From Nibricoccus sp. (GTDB taxonomy: Bacteria; Verrucomicrobiota; Verrucomicrobiia; Opitutales; Opitutaceae): a DNA stretch of 64,000 nucleotides. The notes beneath the pieces are model-generated. The model was not told where the DNA came from and made no database searches. It saw only the letters and a list, made by a program, of their open reading frames with translations. The position numbers and the translations under genes are program-made. The number at the start of each line of letters is the position of its first letter. The stretch's first letter is position 1. Shown piece by piece: positions 1-9,825 of the stretch. The DNA is taken from the NCBI GenBank assembly GCA_047602425.1, contig JASGHG010000001.1, forward strand, positions 3,744,001 to 3,808,000, read 5' to 3'.

Positions 1-2121
1 GCCCACTGCAATGGGGGTAAGGATGGCGAGGAATCCGGGCCCGATGAGTTCCTTCTGGGCGGAGGCGGTGCAGATATCGACGACACGACCGTAGTCGGGT
101 TTCTTTTTGCCAGACCAGATGTCGGCGTCGCGGAACTGAACGCGGCATTCCTTCACGATGAGGAACGCGGCGCGACCGACGGCGCGGATGAGCATCGAGC
201 TGAAGAGAAATGGGACGGCGCCGCCGATGAGGAAGCCGATGAACACCATCGGATGAGCGACAGTGAGCTTGCCGGCTTCTTCGAGATACTGGGCGGTGGT
301 CATCTGTGAGATCTTGTCTTCGGAGCCGACGGCGATGACGGCGATGAACGACGAGAAAAGCGAAACGGCCGCAATGACGGCAGAACCAATGGCGATACCT
401 TTTGTTTCGGCTTTGGTGGTATTACCCACGGCGTCGAGATCGGCGAGGATCTGGCGGGCGCGTTTGTAGGAACCCTTTTCTTCTTTTTCCATCGCTTCGG
501 CGTCGTAACCCATTTCGCCGATACCGTTGGCGTTGTCGGCGACGGGGCCGAACACGTCCATCGAGATGGTGTTGCCGGTCAGCGTGAGCATGCCGATGCC
601 GGTCATGGCGACGCCATAAGCGACGAACAGCGGAGGCGTGCTGGCGTAGCAAAGGAACGAGAGGAGGATGGCGACCGCGATGACGACGACGGTGGCGACG
701 GTCGATTCATAACCGACGGCGAAACCTTGAATGATGTTCGTGGCATGACCGGTCTGGCAGGCTTTCGCGAGCGACTTGACCGGCGCATGGGTCGTGTGGG
801 TGAAGTAGCTGGTGACCTTGTTCAACGCGATCGCGAGCACGACGCCGATGAAGCAGGTGATGACCGGACGCATGTCGAGGCCAGCGACACCGAAATTGGC
901 CCAGACGGGAAGTTGGGTCGGGTCGCCATTCGGGAAACCGGCGGCGGCGCTGGCATTGCCGGCGAGATACGCGGCGTCAAATTTCAAGTAGGCGAGACCG
1001 AGGCCGATGAAGCCCACAACCGAAATGAAAGAACCAATCCAGAAGCCGTTGTGCACGGACTTGAGGGCGGTGTCGGATGTGTCATTGGCACCGGCTTTGA
1101 CGGTGTAAGTCGAGATGATCGAACCAAGAACACCGATACCACGAACGAGGAGCGGGAAAATAACGCCCTTGTGGCCGAAGGTCGCGAGTCCGAGGATCAT
1201 GGCGGCCACGATGGTGACTTCGTAGGACTCGAAGATGTCAGCGGCCATACCCGCGCAGTCACCGACGTTGTCACCGACGTTGTCGGCAATCGTGGCGGCA
1301 TTGCGTGGGTCGTCTTCGGGGATGTTCTTTTCAATTTTGCCGACGAGATCGGCGCCGACGTCAGCGGCCTTGGTGTAGATACCACCGCCGACGCGCATGA
1401 AAAGAGCGAGGAGGGTGCCGCCGAAGCCGAAGCCAAGGAGGGCTTCGTAGGCTTGTTCGCCGTAGGCGATGAAGATCAAGGTGCCGCCGAGAAGGCCGAG
1501 GCCGTCGGTGAGCATGCCGGTGATCGTGCCGGTGCGGTAGCCGAGCTGCATGGCTTCGCCGTAGGATTTGCGGGCGGCGGCGGCGACGCGGAGATTGCCG
1601 GTCGTGGCCAGACGCATACCGACAAAACCGACGAGCCAGCTGAAAATCGCGCCAACGATGAAGGCACCCGCGCGGCCCATCTTGAACGCGATCAGATCGC
1701 TCTGGGTCGTGAAGAAGAGGACAAACGTGATGATGATAATTAGCGGGAAAATCTTGCGGCCCTGGGCGGCGAGATAGGCATCGGCGCCTTCGCGAACGGC
1801 GGCGGCGATGTCCTGCATGCGCTTGGTGCCCTGGTCGGCGTTCTTGACCTGCTTAACCAGCATCAAGGCATAAAGCAGGCCGAGCACGGCGATGACGAGC
1901 ACCGCGACGAGGGAGTAAATCTCCATCGGGGTATACTTCGGGTCTGAGAACAGACTGAAGAATTTAAAGGCGTGTTCGCCTGTTGCTTGGGCTGCCTCGC
2001 CACTTGTCGCGCCGAAGAGCGGTTTGACAAAGAACGCGGCCAAAAAGAGCACCGCGAAGGAGCCAAGGTATGCTTTCGAGAACTTTCGGTTCCGAAAGAG
2101 TTTGAGCAGAGCTGAGCGCAT
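1..2121 (-). CDS. hppA: Membrane-bound H+(Na+)-translocating pyrophosphatase; 3' end runs off the window
   Basis: Not in the ORF track; translated by hand from ATG 2121 (MRSALLKLF...). Contains GGIYTKAADVGADLVGKIE, DNVGDNVGDCAGMAADIFESY and DAVGNTTKAETKGIAIGSA motifs. Confidence 0.95.
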   Translation of the reverse strand, partial: MRSALLKLFRNRKFSKAYLGSFAVLFLAAFFVKPLFGATSGEAAQATGEHAFKFFSLFSDPKYTPMEIYSLVAVLVIAVLGLLYALMLVKQVKNADQGTKRMQDIAAAVREGADAYLAAQGRKIFPLIIIITFVLFFTTQSDLIAFKMGRAGAFIVGAIFSWLVGFVGMRLATTGNLRVAAAARKSYGEAMQLGYRTGTITGMLTDGLGLLGGTLIFIAYGEQAYEALLGFGFGGTLLALFMRVGGGIYTKAADVGADLVGKIEKNIPEDDPRNAATIADNVGDNVGDCAGMAADIFESYEVTIVAAMILGLATFGHKGVIFPLLVRGIGVLGSIISTYTVKAGANDTSDTALKSVHNGFWIGSFISVVGFIGLGLAYLKFDAAYLAGNASAAAGFPNGDPTQLPVWANFGVAGLDMRPVITCFIGVVLAIALNKVTSYFTHTTHAPVKSLAKACQTGHATNIIQGFAVGYESTVATVVVIAVAILLSFLCYASTPPLFVAYGVAMTGIGMLTLTGNTISMDVFGPVADNANGIGEMGYDAEAMEKEEKGSYKRARQILADLDAVGNTTKAETKGIAIGSAVIAAVSLFSSFIAVIAVGSEDKISQMTTAQYLEEAGKLTVAHPMVFIGFLIGGAVPFLFSSMLIRAVGRAAFLIVKECRVQFRDADIWSGKKKPDYGRVVDICTASAQKELIGPGFLAILTPIAVG

Positions 2122-2169
2122 GGATGGATGGGGGGAAGAGAGCTTTTTTGTTTAGGGATGGGAAATAGT

Positions 2170-2946
2170 TTAGCCGCCAAAGGAAGAGAGGGCGGAGCGC
2201 CACCATGGGTAATAGGTGGTTTCGAGTTCCTCGCGTGACGGCATCGGGAAGTAACGGAAGCCGCCGCCGGCAGTAGCGACGTAGAAGCCGCCGCGCAGGG
2301 TGCGGTAGAGCAGGTCCTGATGGAAGTTGCGCACGACCGTTTTCATTCTCTTGTTCGGTTTGGCCTTCAGCTCGCGCATGCAATCGCGCATATGCTCGAT
2401 GCTCGTGTAAGGAAGGTTTTGCACCTTGGCCTCGGGATCTTCGGCCATCTGTTCGAGCTTGAGCTCGGTGAAGACGAGGGCGGGCAGCGAAATGACTTTG
2501 GAAGAATCGGTGATTTCCTGGGCGAAGGCCTTTGGCTCAAGCGTGCTGATAATGCGGGGCGAGACCGGGCAGAACTCCTGATAAAGGTGAAAACGCGGGG
2601 CGAGATCCTGGTGATAACTGCCCTGCTTGAGCGTGAGCACGCGGCCATCGTCGGTCGTCAGATACAGGGCTTCAAAAGCATCGATGGGAGTCTGCTCGAG
2701 GACGCGATAAATGTTGAGATAGGCCGAGCGGCGGAGCGGTTCGCCCGCGGTGCGACCCAAACCAGCGTCGAGCCCTAATTTCTTGAGAGTGGCCTCGGCA
2801 TACGCGTCGGTCAGTTTGAAATAAATGGCCTGGCCGCGGGACCGCTTTTGCGAACCTACGGAGAGGTAGGAACCAAACTCCTCGGGGGCGAGGTGGGATG
2901 CAATGAGCGATTCCGGGATCAAGGACAGGTACAGGTAGGGTTTCAT
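2170..2946 (-). CDS. Hypothetical protein (258 aa), probably co-transcribed with hppA
   Basis: Long ORF with normal globular composition, ending about 50 nt upstream of hppA on the same strand. Confidence 0.8.
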   Translation of the reverse strand: MKPYLYLSLIPESLIASHLAPEEFGSYLSVGSQKRSRGQAIYFKLTDAYAEATLKKLGLDAGLGRTAGEPLRRSAYLNIYRVLEQTPIDAFEALYLTTDDGRVLTLKQGSYHQDLAPRFHLYQEFCPVSPRIISTLEPKAFAQEITDSSKVISLPALVFTELKLEQMAEDPEAKVQNLPYTSIEHMRDCMRELKAKPNKRMKTVVRNFHQDLLYRTLRGGFYVATAGGGFRYFPMPSREELETTYYPWWRSALSSFGG

Positions 2947-3350
2947 TTGGGGGGTGACTAGGTTGACGAACCAAATTTCCGATTATCGCTACCTTAACCC
3001 CGAATTGCACGCCGCGGCTGCGCGTGATTTGGCAAAACCTATGCGACTTTTGGCAACTTTCGCACACGTGTCGTCGAGAGGAGCCTGCAGCGAGAGCTTG
3101 TTGCCACAGCGGCACTTCCTGAGCCAGACGCCTGCGCGATATGCATTTGTCATGTATTACATGGCAAACTTCCCAGCGACAAAGCTATGAAGATATCTTC
3201 TTTTTCCGAGTAAGGATTGGGAGTGGCGAATGGTTATGTCGCCTACGTGACAAACGTGTCCGGGGCACCTCAAGACAAGCATGAAGTTGTCCGCTAAGCC
3301 TCCCTCAGAGACGGGCCGACGGTCGGGGCGCCGGCGCAGTCGGGACGCGT

Positions 3351-4493
3351 TTACAAGAGCACGAGGTCGTCGCGGTGAACGACTTCGAGGTGCTTGCGCG
3401 AGGGATAAAGGGGGCGAACCTCGTCGCTGGATTTGCCGGCGACGGCTTTGATTTCGTCGCTGGCAAAACCGGTCTTGCCGCGGGCGAAGACGTTGCCGTC
3501 GGGTCCGGCGATATTGATGACATCGCCTGAGGAAAATTCCCCCTTTGAACTGGTTACGCCGATGGCGAGCAAGCTGCGGCCCTGTTCCTTGATGACGGGT
3601 ACGGCGCAGGTGTTGACGAAAATGGTTCCGGTTGGGCGCTGGAAATACGCGAGCCAGCGTTTCTTCGCTTCGAGGGGCAGGCCGCTCGGCACGAAAAAGG
3701 TGCCGGGGCCTTTGCCAGCGAAGAGCCGTGGCAAGACATCTTCCTCGGCGCCGCTGGCAATGAAGACGCCGCAGCCTGATTTGATAGCGATCTTGGCGGC
3801 GGAGATTTTTGAGATCATGCCACCGGTGGCGGTTTCGCTCGTGGTGCCGCCGGCCATGGCTTCGATCTCGGAGGTGATTTTTTCGACGACGGGCACGATT
3901 TGTCCGGTGCCTTTCATGTCAATGAGTCCGGGCGCGGTGGAAAGAATCGCGAGGTAGTCGGCCTCGATGAGGCTTGAGACGAGGGCGGAAAGCGTGTCGT
4001 TGTCGCCGAACTTCAGCATCGCATTGATTTCGGCGGCGCTGACGGTGTCGTTTTCGTTGATGATCGGAATCGTGCCGTAGGCGACGAGTTGGTTGAGGAC
4101 GGACTTGATGCTGAGGCAGCGGTCGCGTTCGCGCAGGTCCTCGCGCGTGAGGAGAACTTGGGCGACGGTCAGGCTGTGGGGCTCGAAGCCACGCTGCCAG
4201 GTTTGCATAAGCAGGCTCTGTCCGACGGCGGCGCAGGCCTGTTTTTTGGATACTTCTTTTGGTTTGCGGGCGAGACCGAGGCGGCCCATGCCGAGGCCGA
4301 CGGCGCCGGAGCTGACGACGATGACTTCGATACCCTTCGCTTTCAGGCCGGCGACTTGCGCACAAATGGAAGCGATCCGGCCGGCGTCGAGCTGGCCGAT
4401 GCCGTGCGTGAGCACGCCGGTACCGAGCTTGATGACGACCCGGCGTGGACGTGTGCTGAAGCGGGAAGCGAGTGACGAAGCGGAGGAAGGCAT
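3351..4493 (-). CDS. proB: Glutamate 5-kinase with PUA domain
   Basis: VIKLGT, VSSGAV, PIINEND, FGDND and TGGMISK motifs; C-terminal GRSLLAIG...VHRDDLVL. Confidence 0.96.
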   Translation of the reverse strand: MPSSASSLASRFSTRPRRVVIKLGTGVLTHGIGQLDAGRIASICAQVAGLKAKGIEVIVVSSGAVGLGMGRLGLARKPKEVSKKQACAAVGQSLLMQTWQRGFEPHSLTVAQVLLTREDLRERDRCLSIKSVLNQLVAYGTIPIINENDTVSAAEINAMLKFGDNDTLSALVSSLIEADYLAILSTAPGLIDMKGTGQIVPVVEKITSEIEAMAGGTTSETATGGMISKISAAKIAIKSGCGVFIASGAEEDVLPRLFAGKGPGTFFVPSGLPLEAKKRWLAYFQRPTGTIFVNTCAVPVIKEQGRSLLAIGVTSSKGEFSSGDVINIAGPDGNVFARGKTGFASDEIKAVAGKSSDEVRPLYPSRKHLEVVHRDDLVLL

Positions 4494-4503
4494 GCGGGAG
4501 AAA

Positions 4504-4575
4504 GGTTATGGGTGATGGGTTATAGGCGATAGGTGGTTTTTCCGACCCATGACCTATAACCAATGGCCCATGGCC
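4504..4575. repeat. Inverted pair of 7-nt periodic arrays
   Basis: GGTTATG-GGTGATG-GGTTATA-GGCGATA ... CCCATGA-CCTATAA-CCAATGG-CCCATGG between frr and proB. Confidence 0.75.
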
Positions 4576-4583
4576 AAGTCGGC

Positions 4584-5141
4584 TTATACCGTAAGCAGTT
4601 CTTTTTCCTTTTTCGCGAGGTGGTCGCCGATGTCCTTGATGTTTTTGTCGGTTGCGACTTGAACCTCTTTTTCGAGGCGCTTGTGGTCGTCTTCGGAGAT
4701 TTTGCCGTCTTTCTGGGCTTTCTTGAGGGCGTCCATGCTGTCGCGACGGATGTTGCGAGTTTGAACGCGGCCTTCCTCGGCCATGCGGTGGGCGACCTTG
4801 ACGAATTCTTCGCGGCGTTCGCGGCTGAGTTGCGGGAGGGGAACGCGCACGACGTTTCCGTCGACGGAAGGATTGAGCCCGAGGTTCGCCATTTGGATGC
4901 CTTTGACGATCGCTTGGGTGATGCCTTTGTCCCACGGCTGAATTTGGATCATGTGCGCATCCGGGGTGGAGATGGCGGCGCAGGATTTGAGCGGCTGTGT
5001 GGTGCCGTAGGCTTCAACCATCACGGTCTCCACCATGGACGGAGAAGCTTTGCCGGTATGGATCGTGCTGAATTCGTGCAAGGTGTGGTCGAGGGCCTTT
5101 TTCATTTTGCCCTGCATATCGGTGATGACGGGGTGGGACAT
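4584..5141 (-). CDS. frr: Ribosome recycling factor
   Basis: HTGKASPS, VEAYG, IQPWDK, LGLNP, LSRERR, RNIRRD motifs; follows pyrH. Confidence 0.97.
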   Translation of the reverse strand: MSHPVITDMQGKMKKALDHTLHEFSTIHTGKASPSMVETVMVEAYGTTQPLKSCAAISTPDAHMIQIQPWDKGITQAIVKGIQMANLGLNPSVDGNVVRVPLPQLSRERREEFVKVAHRMAEEGRVQTRNIRRDSMDALKKAQKDGKISEDDHKRLEKEVQVATDKNIKDIGDHLAKKEKELLTV

Positions 5142-5146
5142 ATTTT

Positions 5147-5220
5147 AGTTTAGGTTGAAAGTTTAGGTTTAAGGAGGGCGGTTTAAGTGGATGGCTTTAA
5201 CTTCAACTTGCCACTTAGAC
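5147..5220. repeat. Degenerate inverted pair of 6-7-nt periodic arrays
   Basis: AGTTTAGGTTGAAAGTTTAGGTTTAAG ... CTTTAACTTCAACTTGCCACTTAGAC between pyrH and frr. Confidence 0.55.
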
Positions 5221-5242
5221 AGCCGAAAGGCGTTTACGCCGT

Positions 5243-5983
<741 letters not shown>

Positions 5984-6302
5984 GGCAGGGAGGAAACGCT
6001 TACGGCAAATCCTCGTCAATGCCTGAGATTGCGGTGGAAGACGCTACCGCACCGGCGAATGCGGGCTAGAAGGAGTCATGAAAACCGTAAATGACGTCCC
6101 GGGCGTCCGCCGACGGCGACGTGGTTCGCATTGGCGTAAGCAAAACGGCGATTTCGTTGTGACAGATTCCTTCTCGCGACTGACTGAGCAGAAATACGTA
6201 CGTAAATCTTCGGAGGCGGTTTCTATTTGAATATGTCCCGGGGTGTGAGGTGGGATTATGCGTCGGTTTCAACTTCTACACGCTTCGCTTGAGGACTCTT
6301 TT

Positions 6303-6539
6303 ATGAAACTTACCGTTGATACAAAAATCCTGATCTGGATGGGCGGACGCATGGTGAGCACTCGGATCATGCTCATCTCGCCTTCGGGAGATTACGTTTT
6401 TCTTGGTGCGAGGGCGACCGATACGGATTGCGCCCTGATTGGCTGGCGCAGAACCGTGCTCCTGATTGTGGCCGAGGTGCTGGAACGTCCGAACGCGGCA
6501 AACGCCGTGCCAGAACCCGAACCGGCCACACATTACTAA
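6303..6539 (+). CDS. Possible small hypothetical protein (78 aa)
   Basis: GAGGA upstream of ATG 6303 in an otherwise empty 570-nt spacer; no recognisable motif. Confidence 0.35.
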   Translation: MKLTVDTKILIWMGGRMVSTRIMLISPSGDYVFLGARATDTDCALIGWRRTVLLIVAEVLERPNAANAVPEPEPATHY

Positions 6540-6556
6540 ATGGCACGACGCGCGTA

Positions 6557-7483
6557 TCAGATGTACAAATACACGTAGCCGGCGAAGAGCAGGGCGGTGA
6601 CGCCGGCGGCAGCGGCGAGGGTCCAGAGCAGGTTGCGCTGGCGTGCGGCAATGGCGAAGGTGGCGATGATCACGGCCATTTGTGCACCGAGCATACCGTA
6701 GAAAAAGCGCTGGCTGCGACCGTGATGACGTTCGGCGCTGAGATTATTTTTGCGCACCTGCAGTTCGTAGAGATTGGCGATGACCTGATTGAGGCGGGCT
6801 TCGGCGTCGTAACGCTGGGCGGAGAAACGAATCCGCGCGGCGATTAGACTTTGCCGCGCCTCTTTTTGAACCAGGGCGTCGTTGAGGGCCTCAATGGCCT
6901 GATTGACGGGCTTGGTGGCGTCGTCGAAGGCGTCGGCCTGCTCTTTGGCGGTGATTATTGTCTCGGTGATGAGCTGGTGGCTCACCTTGCCAAGCAGGGC
7001 GGCGATTTCGGCGTCTGGCTTGAGCGCCTCGATGGCCGCCAGGGCGTTCGAGATCTCGGAGGGGAGCGGGGGATTCTTGGCGGTGGTGGGGAGTTCGCCC
7101 TTTTGCAGAAGCGTGAGGGCGTTTTGGCCGGCGGGATTGTCGATCAGCATTCGGAGCTTGTCGGAGCTGGCGACGGTTTGTTGGAGCGCCGCGAGATCGA
7201 GCGGCTGCGGCGGCGCGAGAACTTCCAGCAAATCGAGATTATTGCGCGCATTGGCGCTGCGCTGCCGTTTGGCTTGGAAGAAGCTCCATTGATCGCCGGC
7301 TTTGGATTGTTGCTGGGCGGCCAGCGAGCGGTCGTACTGGGCCTTGGTCATTTCGCTGGACGCGAGGCCGGCAAGCATGGTGGCGACGACCGTCATGACG
7401 ACGGGTGTCGCGCTCATGATGCGGCCGAGCAATGTTTGCGGGATGTCGGCTTTCAGGGCGGCAGGGATTTCGATTTTGGCCAT
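6557..7483 (-). CDS. DUF4337-like membrane protein
   Basis: N-terminal TM helix, DQWSFFQAK motif, helical middle, two C-terminal TM helices. Confidence 0.7.
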   Translation of the reverse strand: MAKIEIPAALKADIPQTLLGRIMSATPVVMTVVATMLAGLASSEMTKAQYDRSLAAQQQSKAGDQWSFFQAKRQRSANARNNLDLLEVLAPPQPLDLAALQQTVASSDKLRMLIDNPAGQNALTLLQKGELPTTAKNPPLPSEISNALAAIEALKPDAEIAALLGKVSHQLITETIITAKEQADAFDDATKPVNQAIEALNDALVQKEARQSLIAARIRFSAQRYDAEARLNQVIANLYELQVRKNNLSAERHHGRSQRFFYGMLGAQMAVIIATFAIAARQRNLLWTLAAAAGVTALLFAGYVYLYI

Positions 7484-7565
7484 GGCGGAGAATGATTGTT
7501 GTGCCGAGGGTGCCGGGACTGCTGCGGTGGCGCAAGTCTGCGTGCTGATTGGCGGCGGAGCTGAT

Positions 7566-9623
7566 TTATCGCCGCAGGAGATTGTTCAACGTCAGCAAAT
7601 CCATGATCGCGGAACGATCGTCGGTCCATTCGACTTTGTAGCCATCGAGAGATTGATCGACAAGCAGGTCGAAATCGGGATCCTTTCCGAGCGCATCGAA
7701 CCATTGGGTGACTTCGGCTTCGCGATCGGGTGGAAAGATCACGGCATAACTCGTGTTCATCGCGAGCAAGGACTGTTCGACCGATTTGTGTGGGGTGCTA
7801 TTAACGTACATACAGTTCCAACCCGCCTGACGTGCGCCAGCAGCAATCACGGGATAGAGATCGAAGGTGCGACTGCTGATGTGAGCCAGCAGGATGCCAT
7901 GATCGAGGCGGGCGATATAACCAGCGATGGCTTCTCGCGTGATGAGATGCGCCGGCACCGAGTCGCCGGCAAAAGCGTCCAGAACGATGACATCGAAACG
8001 TCCGGGATAGGCGGAAAGCCCGAGACGTCCGTCGCGCTGATGAATCTCAATTTTCGCAGGGCAATCGCGAAGGTAATAAAAGTATTCGCGGGCAATTCTG
8101 ATCGCCAGCGGGTTTATATCCCAGAATGCGAACAGATCGTCCTTGCGCCCGTACACGGCGAGCGTACCGGAGCCGAGACCGATCGAGGCGACGCGGAGCG
8201 AGGGCTGGGTTTTCTGCAGAGCGTTGAGCACTCCGCCGACAGCCGAACCACGGGTGTAGTAGGAAGTCGGCACGCGCCGGCTTTTTTTGTCCAGAACCTG
8301 CACACCATGCAGCGTAGTTTCGTTGGAAAGCCAAAGCTGACGGCCAATTTGCTCCAGTAGCAGCGTCCCGTAAGTATTGCGGAAGAACATCGGGCGTATT
8401 TCCCCCGCGCGTTCGATCTTCAATTGGGTATAAACGAACCACGCAGAAGGTACAACGACCATGAGAACAAGCGAAGCGCGGGCGATCGCCTCTTTTTTTC
8501 CAAGCAACTGCAACGCGAGAAACGTCAGCAGAAAGAAAGCTGCGGCCGTGAATTCGAGATTGCGGTTGAGAAGCAGCGGAGCGATTCCGCTGACGAAAAT
8601 GCCTGCCGCGAGTCCGCCGGCCGCGATGACAAGATAGAAGAAGAACGCCCGTCGGGCCGGACGCAACTGATAGAGGTAACCCTGGCCTCCGAGACATCCG
8701 AAAAACAATACGACCATGAGCCACAGCTTCGCCCATTGTTTTAGGGATGTCGCGCTGATGCCCTTGGCCTGCATGAATCCGAAAAGAGCAAAGCTCAGCG
8801 CAACCAGAGCTATGTAATTGAACGCAGGCCGCCACCAACCCGAAAACGTGAAGCTAAAGCTAAGGAGGTAGAAGCCAAGCGGAACGAGCCACGTGAGCGG
8901 ATTGGACCCGTATTCCGCGCTGAGGATGGGAATGGCACCCAGCATGAGCGTGCAGGTGAAAAACGAGAGGATGAACCACGCGACGACTGCACCTTGGGGA
9001 AGTTCTTCTGGTTCGGTATCTGGAAGACTGGATGGAGCATCCTTCGTCGTGGACCATTGCAAGCCGGACAGCACGAGCAAGGCCGCGCAAAGAATCCACA
9101 GGAGGCATTTCAAAATAAAGATCTGCCGAACCAGTCCAATGTGGGTCTCGATCGCAAAAGGATAGGCAAGCAAGGCAAGGATGCTGCCGACGTTGGAGAT
9201 GGCGTAGAGGTAGAAAGGGGGACGGCCGCTGCGTTGTTGCAACCAACCTTGCAGAACCAGTCCTGACGCCGTCGTGAGCAGGACGGTGGGAAGAAGCGAA
9301 AGCGTGAGACTCGCCAGCACGCCCGGCCATTCGGGCAAACCGGGAAATGCCCAGAGCGGTAATCGAAGGGACAACGGTGCCAGCACAGCGAGGATGGCGA
9401 TGAATTTTGGAAGAATATCCCGATGCTTTTCGAGACCCCGCCAGGCAAGGGCGTAACCGGCGAGCAACACGCCTTGAAAAAACATCGATAACGTGAGCCA
9501 CGTGCCAGCCGAACCGCCATAAACCGGCAGCAGAAGTTTGCCGGCGATGGGTTGCAGCATGAAAGTGAGGAACGCGGCGAGAGGTACGACGACGTGGGCC
9601 AGGAGGGTAAACAGCCGTTGCAT
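7566..9623 (-). CDS. Multi-TM membrane protein fused to a spermidine-synthase-like SAM-binding domain
   Basis: QPIAGKLLLPVYGGS and LYAISNVGS in the TM part; TLHGVQ, IGLGSGTL, DGRL and DVIVLDAFAGDSVPAHL in the C-terminal part. Confidence 0.85.
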   Translation of the reverse strand: MQRLFTLLAHVVVPLAAFLTFMLQPIAGKLLLPVYGGSAGTWLTLSMFFQGVLLAGYALAWRGLEKHRDILPKFIAILAVLAPLSLRLPLWAFPGLPEWPGVLASLTLSLLPTVLLTTASGLVLQGWLQQRSGRPPFYLYAISNVGSILALLAYPFAIETHIGLVRQIFILKCLLWILCAALLVLSGLQWSTTKDAPSSLPDTEPEELPQGAVVAWFILSFFTCTLMLGAIPILSAEYGSNPLTWLVPLGFYLLSFSFTFSGWWRPAFNYIALVALSFALFGFMQAKGISATSLKQWAKLWLMVVLFFGCLGGQGYLYQLRPARRAFFFYLVIAAGGLAAGIFVSGIAPLLLNRNLEFTAAAFFLLTFLALQLLGKKEAIARASLVLMVVVPSAWFVYTQLKIERAGEIRPMFFRNTYGTLLLEQIGRQLWLSNETTLHGVQVLDKKSRRVPTSYYTRGSAVGGVLNALQKTQPSLRVASIGLGSGTLAVYGRKDDLFAFWDINPLAIRIAREYFYYLRDCPAKIEIHQRDGRLGLSAYPGRFDVIVLDAFAGDSVPAHLITREAIAGYIARLDHGILLAHISSRTFDLYPVIAAGARQAGWNCMYVNSTPHKSVEQSLLAMNTSYAVIFPPDREAEVTQWFDALGKDPDFDLLVDQSLDGYKVEWTDDRSAIMDLLTLNNLLRR

Positions 9624-9825
9624 GAGCGATGGGTTCGCCTATGAGAACGAAAACAGCTAAAAAAGCGATTGATTTGCGAGAGAGACTTTGGAGCGGATGA
9701 AATCAGTTGGTTGCGGCGCGTATGGTTGTGCTTTGGCAGGACGTTTGCATTTGGACGCTGTCAAAAAGTGCAGGTCTCTTTTGCGCTGACTGACAGCTTG
9801 CGTACTGTCAGCGCAACCATTCGCC

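Noticed and set aside
727..1743. 338-aa plus-strand ORF
   Set aside because: Antisense shadow of hppA, which the ORF track missed because it runs off the window.
6078..6230. 50-codon ORF after AAGGAG
   Set aside because: SD-to-ATG spacing is very short and there are no protein features; unsupported.
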